A stretch of 64,000 bases of DNA, taken from the sequence record MK308675.1; one strand, 5' to 3'. This document shows positions 18,583 through 28,252 of the stretch, in pieces. The notes below the pieces were generated by a model, which did not search any database, was not told the origin of the DNA, and worked only from the letters and a program-made list of their open reading frames with translations. A program made the position numbers and the translations under genes. How positions within the stretch are numbered: the first letter of the stretch is position 1; each line of letters begins with the position of its first letter.

Positions 18583-19581
18583 ATGGCTTTATTACCGTTT
18601 GATGAAACCGGTAAACTCGCATCTAACTTGAAGCGAGAATCCCATACCGTTAACAGTGTAAACGTTAACTTCCATAACTTTATCCTTCCGGACTGGGCAC
18701 CGTTCTTTAAGACGGGCTTTACAGTCTTCCATGTAGAGTCAGGTCGTTACCTGGACGAAGGCGTAGATTTCTTCTTCTCGCATTACTTCGAACTGGCCGA
18801 TGACAAACTGGCCGATAAAGTTTATAGTTCCATTACTTTCTTTGATAAGAACATTACTGGTACATTCCAGCTATCAATGCAGTCGTTAGGCGGAGACTTT
18901 GTAGACTCTGCAACTCAGGCTTTAGAAAGTGGCTTAGATACTCTGGCAAACCTTAGTGCGGTACGCTGGGAAGATATTGTTACTCCTCCTACTTTCCCCG
19001 TGACTTCGCACGAACACGTAGTGACTGGCGTGGAAGGCGTAAACCGTCACCTAGAAGAGATGACGAAGATTCGTGAAGCAATTGAGAAGATGTGGGATGA
19101 GCTTACTCTTTCCGACATCACGGATTTCGATTCAGAGTTCCGTGCTCCGCTGCTATCTAGCTTAAGTGCCTTAACCGCAGCAATCGTTGCTGACAGTCGT
19201 CCACGTGACCTGCCGCATTACTACTCGCTGTTGTTCACCGACGACGCCTCAGGCGCAAGTGATGTGGATTTAGGCGTAGTAACTCAAGGTTCTTGGGTAC
19301 AGCTACCTCTGACTATGTTAGTCGCCCAACCTGGCGAGTACAAGCTAACGCACAACATCGGTGCGGAGATTGAAGCTCCAGCCGACATTAAAGTGCTGTA
19401 TCGTTGGACCTTTAACGGTGTCCCTGTTGGACGCTCAATGGCAAACGGCGCTATACACACCATCAATGCAAATACGCAAGTTCGCTTAGAAGCGAAAGTA
19501 ATTGGTGCGGATACCACTAAGTTCCTACTAGCGTCCGCTGAACATGCTTCTGGCATCGAAGGCACGTTCCTTTCAAACTAA
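18583..19581 (+). CDS. Baseplate/tail-fibre attachment protein
   Basis: N-terminus PFDETGKLASN...PDWAPFF...G.D typical of jumbo-phage tail/baseplate proteins; strong SD AAGGAG. Confidence 0.7.
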   Translation: MALLPFDETGKLASNLKRESHTVNSVNVNFHNFILPDWAPFFKTGFTVFHVESGRYLDEGVDFFFSHYFELADDKLADKVYSSITFFDKNITGTFQLSMQSLGGDFVDSATQALESGLDTLANLSAVRWEDIVTPPTFPVTSHEHVVTGVEGVNRHLEEMTKIREAIEKMWDELTLSDITDFDSEFRAPLLSSLSALTAAIVADSRPRDLPHYYSLLFTDDASGASDVDLGVVTQGSWVQLPLTMLVAQPGEYKLTHNIGAEIEAPADIKVLYRWTFNGVPVGRSMANGAIHTINANTQVRLEAKVIGADTTKFLLASAEHASGIEGTFLSN

Positions 19582-19591
19582 GGTGATTTAA

Positions 19592-20518
19592 ATGGCTTAC
19601 ACAGATTATAACTTCGACCCTACAGCCGAAGCGCCTGCCAACCTCATCTCTCAAGAGGTACATGCGTTGGACATGGCTACGTTTGTAGGCGTCATTCCTG
19701 ACCAAGGTGCCTTCTTTGAAAAGGGACTGGTCGTGGAAGCACGAGCGAGTTCGTCTGACCCTTGGGTTGAACTAACTCCTTATTTCGACTTTGTCTTCTC
19801 TCCTCCATTCGTAGATGCCGGTGCGAGAACAACCCGTAAACAGGTATTCTCTTACATCGTGTTGAATGAAGACCGAGGCGTCTATTCCGACGTCCGTTTA
19901 ACATACCAAGCAATCGGTAAGTACCGCGATTCAGAAATGTTCACTTTACTAAATGCAGCTACTTTCGACCGCAGCCTGTCTGCTGAATGGGTAGCGTTCT
20001 CGAGCTACATCGACACGATGTCGCACGTGACGCGCGAAGAGACATTGGTTGGGAAGGGTACTCTAGAAGTTCTAGCCGCAATGGTAGATAAGTGGACTGA
20101 AGCTATCCAGAACCCGCACGCTCAAGGGAAGAACCTAGGGCAAGACGTGGCTCGCTTAGAACAGAAAGTCGCCAAAGCACTAACGACAGATGCTTACGCC
20201 GAACTAACCGCACAGAATGACTTCAGTCAGGCAGTTGTTTCAGGTACAGCATACGAAGTGAAAGTTACTGACGACGAAGTAGAGCTACATAAAGGCATGC
20301 TTCTAATCAAGTCGTCAACAGGGGATGCGTATAGCGTAGACGTACTAGGCCGTAAAGCCGGCTCTACTGTGCACTCTGCTTTATTTAGCCAGAGCCATAA
20401 CAACGGGGTTTTAGGGACCGTAGCCGTCACTCGCTCTTCTGACGCAATTGTTATCCGCGTGACTCCTTCTGTCGCAGGCACCATGTACTATAAAACTGTT
20501 TCAGAAATCAGAGGCTAG
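19592..20518 (+). CDS. Baseplate/tail-fibre attachment protein, paralogue of 18583..19581
   Basis: FDPTAEAPANLI...PDQGAFF N-terminal domain. Confidence 0.7.
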   Translation: MAYTDYNFDPTAEAPANLISQEVHALDMATFVGVIPDQGAFFEKGLVVEARASSSDPWVELTPYFDFVFSPPFVDAGARTTRKQVFSYIVLNEDRGVYSDVRLTYQAIGKYRDSEMFTLLNAATFDRSLSAEWVAFSSYIDTMSHVTREETLVGKGTLEVLAAMVDKWTEAIQNPHAQGKNLGQDVARLEQKVAKALTTDAYAELTAQNDFSQAVVSGTAYEVKVTDDEVELHKGMLLIKSSTGDAYSVDVLGRKAGSTVHSALFSQSHNNGVLGTVAVTRSSDAIVIRVTPSVAGTMYYKTVSEIRG

Positions 20519-20523
20519 TAAAG

Positions 20524-22086
20524 ATGAATAATCTTCGTAAATACATAGGGCTAAAGTTAGCCCATTGGGGTAAGTTCGTGTTCCCTTACGGCGCGATGAC
20601 CGCCCAAAGAACCACTGACGGAGAAGACGGCGCCGCATTTATCGACTCCGACTTAAACGCTTTAAGACTGCATTTGGGCGGGACATATAAACAGCAAGCC
20701 TCGTTGGTTTATAATCCTGCGGCCATTGTCTCCGATACGAACGAAACCGTCCCAGGTATGCTCCGTGCGGTTGATACATCTGGCGGCCCTATTGTTGTAG
20801 ACCTAGACCCGACTCTTCCTGCGGGCTCAATGGTGGGCTATATTGACGTTACGGGTACGTGGGCAACGAATAAGTTTTCTCTAAGGGCAGCCGCGAATAT
20901 CCAAGGCGAAGCCGTTAAGGAGTATACCACGGCGTTTGGGTCCATTCAGTTAATCAAGCATGCGACTGCCGGCTGGATTCCATTTGGTGGCGGAGTAGGT
21001 GGCGGAGAAGGAGGCTCGGGAATTGGCCTCCCGGAAGGGGAGCTGGTCCATGGTACGTCCTATACCTTAAAGGTAGGTGTCCCTGCGTTACTCGACTTAG
21101 GCAAGACCTTCACAACGACCGGGTTTAACGTTCACTTTGAAAGAACGATGGATTACACTGCGGCCGATTGGGAATATACGCTGCCGAACGTCACATCGCT
21201 CCACTTACCTGAAGTCTATAACGTGAAAGCCGACCCCACGCAATCCGGTGACGCTGTGGCCGACCCAGAAGCCGGCCACTGGAAACTACCTGCCGACCCT
21301 GGACGTGCTATCCTAAAGCACCCTACCTTAAAGAAATGGATGCTCGTCCGTTTGGATGTCGCTCAAGAGTTCTTCCTTCAGATTGACGAAGAAGAATACG
21401 ACCACCCTGCGAGAGTACAGACATGGGCATCAGTCGATGCCGGTACGGGCGAAAGGACTATTCTGCCAAACGCCGAAATAAAACTAACAGACCTGACTTT
21501 AACTCTGCCTTTACCACCAAGTGGCGCAGTGGGAGATACGGTCGCATTCTACGACATATGGAAACTCGCTTCATTCGCGAATGTGATTCTAGAGGTAGAC
21601 GGCGCGCGGTCTTTAGACATGGACGGGAGAAGCTTTGCTATCGACGTCGATGGTGCCTCCGCCGAAATACAAGCCGTGCAACAGCGTGGCTGGGTAGCGG
21701 TCCGCTGGAACGTCGGCGCCGACCCGATGAATGACGAAGCCCCACATAGTAACTTAGTCGTAGGCAGCATAAGTCACGACTCTACTGACGACTACACGTC
21801 ATCCAATGGTTCAATCGAGCCAACTACGGAAGGCAGTGACGTCAAAGTAATGAATATTACCGAAGCAACCACAATTCAGCCCCCACTTTTGAAGTCAGGT
21901 CCTGTTACTTGGCTCACTTACAAAATCGTACAAGGCAACACAGCATACCCTGTGGAGTTTACTAGCGATTACGTAATCGTTGATGGGGTAGAGGCCTCCA
22001 AGGCACCTAACTCAGTTACGTGGGCCAGAGTTCTGGTCTCGGGTGACGGTAAGTACGATGTGTGGTTGTCTTCACGTCCTTTATAA
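20524..22086 (+). CDS. Tail fibre protein
   Basis: Two T4-long-fibre-like modules (LPAGSMVGYID...TNKFSL; LPLPPSGAVGDTVAFYD); Gly-rich linker. Confidence 0.65.
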   Translation: MNNLRKYIGLKLAHWGKFVFPYGAMTAQRTTDGEDGAAFIDSDLNALRLHLGGTYKQQASLVYNPAAIVSDTNETVPGMLRAVDTSGGPIVVDLDPTLPAGSMVGYIDVTGTWATNKFSLRAAANIQGEAVKEYTTAFGSIQLIKHATAGWIPFGGGVGGGEGGSGIGLPEGELVHGTSYTLKVGVPALLDLGKTFTTTGFNVHFERTMDYTAADWEYTLPNVTSLHLPEVYNVKADPTQSGDAVADPEAGHWKLPADPGRAILKHPTLKKWMLVRLDVAQEFFLQIDEEEYDHPARVQTWASVDAGTGERTILPNAEIKLTDLTLTLPLPPSGAVGDTVAFYDIWKLASFANVILEVDGARSLDMDGRSFAIDVDGASAEIQAVQQRGWVAVRWNVGADPMNDEAPHSNLVVGSISHDSTDDYTSSNGSIEPTTEGSDVKVMNITEATTIQPPLLKSGPVTWLTYKIVQGNTAYPVEFTSDYVIVDGVEASKAPNSVTWARVLVSGDGKYDVWLSSRPL

Positions 22087-22096
22087 GGAGTAAGGA

Positions 22097-25000
22097 ATGA
22101 ATCCCGAAGCCAAGCAAGTTGGCCATTTAGAGAGCGACGTTAAAGGTCGCTCTTTTGACCGATACAAAATAAAAGGCTCTCTGTCTTTAAACCCGCCTTT
22201 GGGCGGAGTGCAACCGCCTTTTCTAGCATATACGCAAAAGGATGGAAACCGCCAAATAGGCACTGTCTCACTTTGGATACGTCGAAGAGGTGTGGCAAAC
22301 AAGTCCCCCTCTACAACGGACGAGACTATATTTAGCCATCAGGCGTCATCGACTACGGCCTCTTACGGCGGAATGGGATTCGATTCCAGCGGCCATCTAG
22401 CCCACTTCATGTCTGACGGCACCGCTACGCAGTACGGCATGATAACGAAAGAGCGCTTTGTAGACTGTTCTCGCTTCTACCATATTGTGGTTCACTGGAA
22501 TACATGGATATCGGATGCTAACCAACGCATGCGCATGTTCGTTGACGGCAAGGAAATCAAATCGTTCATTCACTTTACCATGCCGCCGCTCGGCTACCAG
22601 GGGAAAGTGCATAATGCGGCTTATCCGTTTACCATCGGTCACGTTCCGGGACTGTCTGCTTATAATTACTTCGCTTTAAATGCCGAGATTGCAGACTTTG
22701 CCCTAGTTGATGGCCAGGCACTATTCCCGAAAGACTTTGGGCACTTTGATACCCAAGATAACTGGCGTCCAAGCTTCCCGAGCTTCGAAGGATGGGGACC
22801 TAACTCTCTGTTTTTGACCTGGGATAAACAGGCTAACGGAATGACCTCGCATGTCATTAATCGCCCTTCGCAATATGCCCCGGATGAGACCGACGATAAG
22901 AAGCCTATCTCTACGGTGCCTACGCCAGGTATTAAAGCCGACATCACCATACACAAGTCGTACAACCACACGTCAAACCAACATATGTTCTTGCAGGACT
23001 CAGTCCGCGGAGACGGCTGGTTCACTACGTTCTCAGAAGCTACGATTAACTCGCGCTACCATGGTCGACCTGCGCCGGCACCCAATGGGGAAGATGAACA
23101 CTTAAGGTTCAGCGGCTCCTTTAACTGGGAGAAACGTACGGATAATGAGCCGACATATTGGACACACTTCCTCTTTGCTACGGGACCCGAACACGGCATC
23201 AGTATCGTTCCTCACGATGGTACCGCCGCAGAAAAGAGAATTGAGCACGGTCTGGGGCGTAAGCCGGACTTAGCCATAAACGTGGTCCAGGAATCCGGAG
23301 CAAGCTACCCGATGTATACTTGGGCCAAAGGCTTTACGGATACTAACGACGATTCTCGCCTAAATCTCCATAATGGCTCAGGGGTCTTTACAGCACCTGG
23401 AGCAGACCACTGGCGAAACTCCTTAACGGACGAAACCTATTTCGGATTCGGTAGTGGGAGCGCGAACAACAGCGCATCTGGTAGAAACTTCATCACGTAT
23501 TTCTTTGCGTCCGTTCCCGGAAAGTCCCAGTACTTTAAATGGGAACATCGCGGGTCTAACACTAGGACGCGTTTTGAATGCGGTTTCCGCCCGCGCTTCT
23601 TCTTCTGGAAGACGGCAACGCCGTCGGGTGAGACTGCCGATGTCGGTGCTTGGGTGGTTGTTGACTGTCGAGACGGTACGGCTTGGGAATTCGACCGCAC
23701 GCGCGGCGGATACTACTCTTACAGTGCGACTTACTTCAATCCGGCTGAGGTAGACGATACCGGTTTCTCAATGGGCCACGACCTGGCCAGCATAGACGGC
23801 ATTATCATGGCCTTCGCGGACGAGTCGGACCTAAACCGCTGTGCCAAGTCAATAATGAACGATAACCGTGTTCGGCCGATTAACTTCCATGGCACGGCGG
23901 ACATCAGTGACGCAACTCCAGATAACCCAGGTGTAATCCTTAGCTGGAATAATGCTAACCGCTGGGCATCCGCAAACGGAGCAGCTCACCAGAGCCAGAG
24001 AGCCACGGAAGGCGGTTATCGCCTAGAGCTTTCACATACGCGTACCAATACCGCGGTAGGCTTAGGGCTTTCTCGCTCATTGCCGGAAAGCGGTAAGTGG
24101 TACTTTGAGGTAGATAGTTGCTATACGTTCGTTTTATGCGGCTACCAATTCATGGACGGTGCCCAGAACGGATACGACTACTACGACTACGTCAAAGATA
24201 CGCCGGGGTACGTATATGCTGGCGGCGTAAAGAACACACGCAGAAGTCACTACATTGCCTTGGATATGGATGCGCGGACATTACATGTCACTACCTCCGA
24301 CGGCAAGGTGTTCACTCTACCGGTTCCAGACGCCGACGAACGCACTACGGGCGATTATCAGTTCTTCGTATCCTCTAACGTCGCGTCTAAAGATACGGCC
24401 TCCATCAACTTAGGGCAGCGCCCTTTTGTAAATGAGATGCCAGTGGGCTACCGTCCTCTGAACGACCTCGGCAACTATCAGGAAAACTCGATTGAGCCTG
24501 AGAAATACTTCGACAACTTCATTTACAATGGCCTGCAAGCTTGCCATCAGGACATGTCGTCTACGTGGGCTTACTGGGGCGTGAAGTCTTTTGAAATCGA
24601 CGGCGAACTTTACCTAGCCCGCCGCCGCACGCACAGGATAGCGAACCCGCCGGTTGCCGCGGACTGGGTTAACCAAGGACATGTGGAAATATGGCTCTGG
24701 AACAGACATACTAAGAAGTTCAACGAACATCATACCTTGGCCATGCCTTCGGGCGGATACGCAATAGATGTGAAGTCGATAGATGGAGAGACGTATCTTT
24801 CTGCGGGGTCACACTACAACGGCTCACACGACATCACTGGCGGAGCATACCTCTTTAGATGGAACCGGACACACAAGAGATTCGAAACATTAGTTCGCCG
24901 CAATGAAGGTACCGGGCACATAGGAACCGAGATTTTCGACATCGATGAAGACCATTTGGGCTGGATAATGTCATCTCACCGCAACGGTACTGTCTTTGAC

Positions 25001-27802
25001 TTGGATTCTCACTTCTTTAAAGTGGAGAAACAAACAGGCAATGTTGTAAAGGTCCAGGCTATCCATACGGCCGGGGCACACGGCGTATCGACTGAGGTCT
25101 TTGAGGGAGAAACGTGGGTCACTATTTCGGAGTATCGTACTGGCGCAAATGGAGCTCAACTTGGAAACATTCCGCAAAGAAGTTGGCGCTATGACCCGAC
25201 CACCAGCGAGTTAGTGGCCGCCCCAGGTCTAACTACTGGACAGTATGCCGCAGTGGTACAGAATAAACTATTCGCGCACTCGGGTAACTTATATTGCCTG
25301 GTTTCATCTCGTCATACGGCCAACGTTTGGACGGAGTATACTAGCCTGGGCATGTTTAAGCTAAATGCCGCTAAAGACGGCTGGGACCAAATCACCTCTA
25401 TGGGCTCAATTGGCGCCAGCGAAGTAAGCGTACTGAAGAAAGATGACGGAGTTTACATCAGTGTCCCTTGTTATTACAACGGCACGTCAGTAGCATCCCG
25501 TCAGAACTACGTAGCGTTTAGCACGATTGCTTTCTTTAACCCGCAAACAGAGACGTTGATTTCCCACGAGACGTGGCGTGGTGTGGCTCAGACAGGTGCC
25601 GACTTCTTTGAGGACGATGGTGACTTCTATTTGGCCACGACGTCTACTTTGGACGATAGCTACAGCGCGACATGGATGGGCGTGCAAAAGTTTGCCGATA
25701 AGAACTTATCTGGATTCATTACTCGGGCCCAGTTCGGCAGTGACTCAGTCTACGACTCTGTGCGCATTGATGACGCCGACGGAGAGTACGTCCTGATGGT
25801 AGAACACGTGAAAGAATCTTCTCGCAGTCAAAGATTGTCAGACATTCAAATTCACGAGTACAACCCGACCACAAAGAGTATATCGCGCATAGGCACGCGC
25901 TCATCTCACGGCTGTCATGCCTTGGACGCTAAGAAGATTGGCGGCAAGTGGTACCTCGCGTCGGTCAATCATTCAAACGCCAGTACCGACACTACCGGCG
26001 GCGCCATTAACATTTATGTCTGGAATGAAACTACCAAAGACTTAGACTTCGTCATATCGTCACCCGTACACGGCTGTATAGAGGCGAAGTGGTTCGAGTC
26101 CGACGGTAAGACATATGTTTCCATTACGTCTAATCGCAGCGGTTCGAACTATGGACAGCCACTGGGTACGTTCTTGTTCGACCCAGCGTCTGTAGGTAGC
26201 GAGCTCACAGTCAAACCGACTTTGTCGGGCTCAGGCCATTTCGGTCTAGACCTTTATGAGTTCAAAGGAGAAACCTTCGGCTTTATCGGCGGTTCAGCCG
26301 CGTCTTCTTCTGGCGGCTATCATACGGCCTTTATAAAGTGGTATCCTGACTCGGAGACTTGGGGCGTTCATCAAAACCAAATCGCAGGTTCCAATATTCC
26401 GCATGGTTACGGTCGCTTCTTTGAAGCGAATGGACGACTGTATCTTCTTCTGGGCGCAGACCGCATCGGAGGCACACCAAACGCAACAACGGTTTGCCAG
26501 CTTTACCGTTACAGCGAAGCGACGCAGAGGATGTATTTCGTCAATGAGGTTCATGCTCCCGGAGCACGAAACTTCAATGTCGTTGAATACGAGGGCGACA
26601 TCTATGCGGCCATGGCTACGTGGGGTACGCCCGAGAGTAACAATCGCGGACTGGACCCGTATGACTGGACGGACAACCTCCTGCTTAAGTTTGATGCAGC
26701 AGACGAGACGTTCTACCTAGAAGCGGTTTATCCAGCGCACCATTCGGTTTGTCATAAGTTACACCTGATGAACGACGGTAATCTGTTCATAGCGGCGCAT
26801 AGCCACACGACGAACAATACCTTTAGTGCTCCTAACTTATGGCTACAAGTTAAGAAAGGTGCAGCGGCGATGCAGCACAACACCTTGACGGTCCCGACCG
26901 ACTTTGTCTGGCTCAAGTCGCTTTCTGGCCCTGCTAACTCACATAAGCAGTTCGCTAAGAAGGTAGGTTGGGAAAGGCAACTAACGTCCGACACGGCAGA
27001 CGCGGCAAGCTTTACTAACGGCCAGCATATTTTCGGTGTCTACAAACACGGAGTTCGTTTAGCGTATTCGTCATCAGCAAACGTCGCGCGCCTAGCTTAC
27101 TCGGTGTATGCCTGGAAAGCTGCCCCAGAGGCGGGCTTTGATTGTACAGTCCACGAAGGTAGTGGCGGCACACAGCATGCCCTCCCTTACGATATGGGCG
27201 ACAAGCAAGCCACGCTCGGCATCATTAAGAGCATCGATGTTTCCGGCAACTGGATGGTTCAAGGACCTATCTTGAAATCTGTAAACAACCGAGTGCTTTA
27301 CTTAAATGGTACCGGGGCCGCACAAGACAACTCATCCGACGGCTACATGTCTATGTTCTACAACGTAGGCCACTACGTTCTCGGGAACCAGGATGTGTCT
27401 AACGACCACGTAAACCGCAATGGGCAGAAATACATGGGCCTATGGTTCCGTAGTATAGAAGGCCAGGTTAAAGTGGGTCGCTATTCGGGCACGGGCCAAG
27501 TCGATGGCGATTTCGTTCCGCTGTCATTTAGCGCCCGCTGGATAATGATAAAGAGTGAAGCGAGTTCCAACAACTGGGCGGTCTATGACTTGAACAACGG
27601 AGCTAACGTTCGAAACGACGTGACGCACATCATCTATCCTAATCTCTCGCAGAGTATGGGAGAGCCGGTAACGGATAAGATAGAAGTAAGTGCCGGCGGT
27701 TTCCGCCCTATCGGTGCCGGTAACATCCATAACCAAAACGGACAGCCTTATGTCTTCATCGCCATAGCGGACGACCCGTTTGGTACATCTAACGCTTACT
27801 AA
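22097..27802 (+). CDS. Giant tail/receptor-binding protein: LamG/ConA, SPRY and 14 EAR/EPTP-like repeats
   Basis: TVSLWIRR...FYHIVVHW LamG; SGKWYFEV SPRY; 14 FExDGxxYL repeats; C-terminal YVFIAIADDPF. Confidence 0.75.
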   Translation: MNPEAKQVGHLESDVKGRSFDRYKIKGSLSLNPPLGGVQPPFLAYTQKDGNRQIGTVSLWIRRRGVANKSPSTTDETIFSHQASSTTASYGGMGFDSSGHLAHFMSDGTATQYGMITKERFVDCSRFYHIVVHWNTWISDANQRMRMFVDGKEIKSFIHFTMPPLGYQGKVHNAAYPFTIGHVPGLSAYNYFALNAEIADFALVDGQALFPKDFGHFDTQDNWRPSFPSFEGWGPNSLFLTWDKQANGMTSHVINRPSQYAPDETDDKKPISTVPTPGIKADITIHKSYNHTSNQHMFLQDSVRGDGWFTTFSEATINSRYHGRPAPAPNGEDEHLRFSGSFNWEKRTDNEPTYWTHFLFATGPEHGISIVPHDGTAAEKRIEHGLGRKPDLAINVVQESGASYPMYTWAKGFTDTNDDSRLNLHNGSGVFTAPGADHWRNSLTDETYFGFGSGSANNSASGRNFITYFFASVPGKSQYFKWEHRGSNTRTRFECGFRPRFFFWKTATPSGETADVGAWVVVDCRDGTAWEFDRTRGGYYSYSATYFNPAEVDDTGFSMGHDLASIDGIIMAFADESDLNRCAKSIMNDNRVRPINFHGTADISDATPDNPGVILSWNNANRWASANGAAHQSQRATEGGYRLELSHTRTNTAVGLGLSRSLPESGKWYFEVDSCYTFVLCGYQFMDGAQNGYDYYDYVKDTPGYVYAGGVKNTRRSHYIALDMDARTLHVTTSDGKVFTLPVPDADERTTGDYQFFVSSNVASKDTASINLGQRPFVNEMPVGYRPLNDLGNYQENSIEPEKYFDNFIYNGLQACHQDMSSTWAYWGVKSFEIDGELYLARRRTHRIANPPVAADWVNQGHVEIWLWNRHTKKFNEHHTLAMPSGGYAIDVKSIDGETYLSAGSHYNGSHDITGGAYLFRWNRTHKRFETLVRRNEGTGHIGTEIFDIDEDHLGWIMSSHRNGTVFDLDSHFFKVEKQTGNVVKVQAIHTAGAHGVSTEVFEGETWVTISEYRTGANGAQLGNIPQRSWRYDPTTSELVAAPGLTTGQYAAVVQNKLFAHSGNLYCLVSSRHTANVWTEYTSLGMFKLNAAKDGWDQITSMGSIGASEVSVLKKDDGVYISVPCYYNGTSVASRQNYVAFSTIAFFNPQTETLISHETWRGVAQTGADFFEDDGDFYLATTSTLDDSYSATWMGVQKFADKNLSGFITRAQFGSDSVYDSVRIDDADGEYVLMVEHVKESSRSQRLSDIQIHEYNPTTKSISRIGTRSSHGCHALDAKKIGGKWYLASVNHSNASTDTTGGAINIYVWNETTKDLDFVISSPVHGCIEAKWFESDGKTYVSITSNRSGSNYGQPLGTFLFDPASVGSELTVKPTLSGSGHFGLDLYEFKGETFGFIGGSAASSSGGYHTAFIKWYPDSETWGVHQNQIAGSNIPHGYGRFFEANGRLYLLLGADRIGGTPNATTVCQLYRYSEATQRMYFVNEVHAPGARNFNVVEYEGDIYAAMATWGTPESNNRGLDPYDWTDNLLLKFDAADETFYLEAVYPAHHSVCHKLHLMNDGNLFIAAHSHTTNNTFSAPNLWLQVKKGAAAMQHNTLTVPTDFVWLKSLSGPANSHKQFAKKVGWERQLTSDTADAASFTNGQHIFGVYKHGVRLAYSSSANVARLAYSVYAWKAAPEAGFDCTVHEGSGGTQHALPYDMGDKQATLGIIKSIDVSGNWMVQGPILKSVNNRVLYLNGTGAAQDNSSDGYMSMFYNVGHYVLGNQDVSNDHVNRNGQKYMGLWFRSIEGQVKVGRYSGTGQVDGDFVPLSFSARWIMIKSEASSNNWAVYDLNNGANVRNDVTHIIYPNLSQSMGEPVTDKIEVSAGGFRPIGAGNIHNQNGQPYVFIAIADDPFGTSNAY

Positions 27803-27812
27803 GGAGTAAGAA

Positions 27813-28232
27813 ATGCGTTCATTTTCTAAGAAATTTGGACGCGGCCCTGCCTCTCAAATCAGTAAAGGCACCAAGAGCGCGGGTTTCCGCGCCGATGGTG
27901 CGCTCCTGGTCACAGGCAGTGTCGTAAACACCCCTATCACTTTGCCCTATGCTGCAAACGTGGAGCTATCCTTAGCAGATAGCGATACGCAGCATCTAGA
28001 ACTAGCTGGCGATGTGCATATTACTGCGCCGGAGCTAAGAGTAGGTGGGTCCTGGAAAATCTATATAAGGCAAGATGCGACAGGCGGACACGATGTAACC
28101 TTCGGGGCTAACCTAAAGAACATCTATGGTACACCGGTGTTGTCTGCCGCAAACGCGACGACGTTAATGACCCTAATCGGTCGAGGGGATGGTAATTTTG
28201 ATTACACCCTAACGGCCGTTGCCACGATTTAA
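27813..28232 (+). CDS. Small tail-associated protein
   Basis: WKIYIRQDATGGHDVTF motif common in phage fibre C-terminal domains. Confidence 0.6.
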   Translation: MRSFSKKFGRGPASQISKGTKSAGFRADGALLVTGSVVNTPITLPYAANVELSLADSDTQHLELAGDVHITAPELRVGGSWKIYIRQDATGGHDVTFGANLKNIYGTPVLSAANATTLMTLIGRGDGNFDYTLTAVATI

Positions 28233-28252
28233 ACTAAACAAACGAGGTTAAC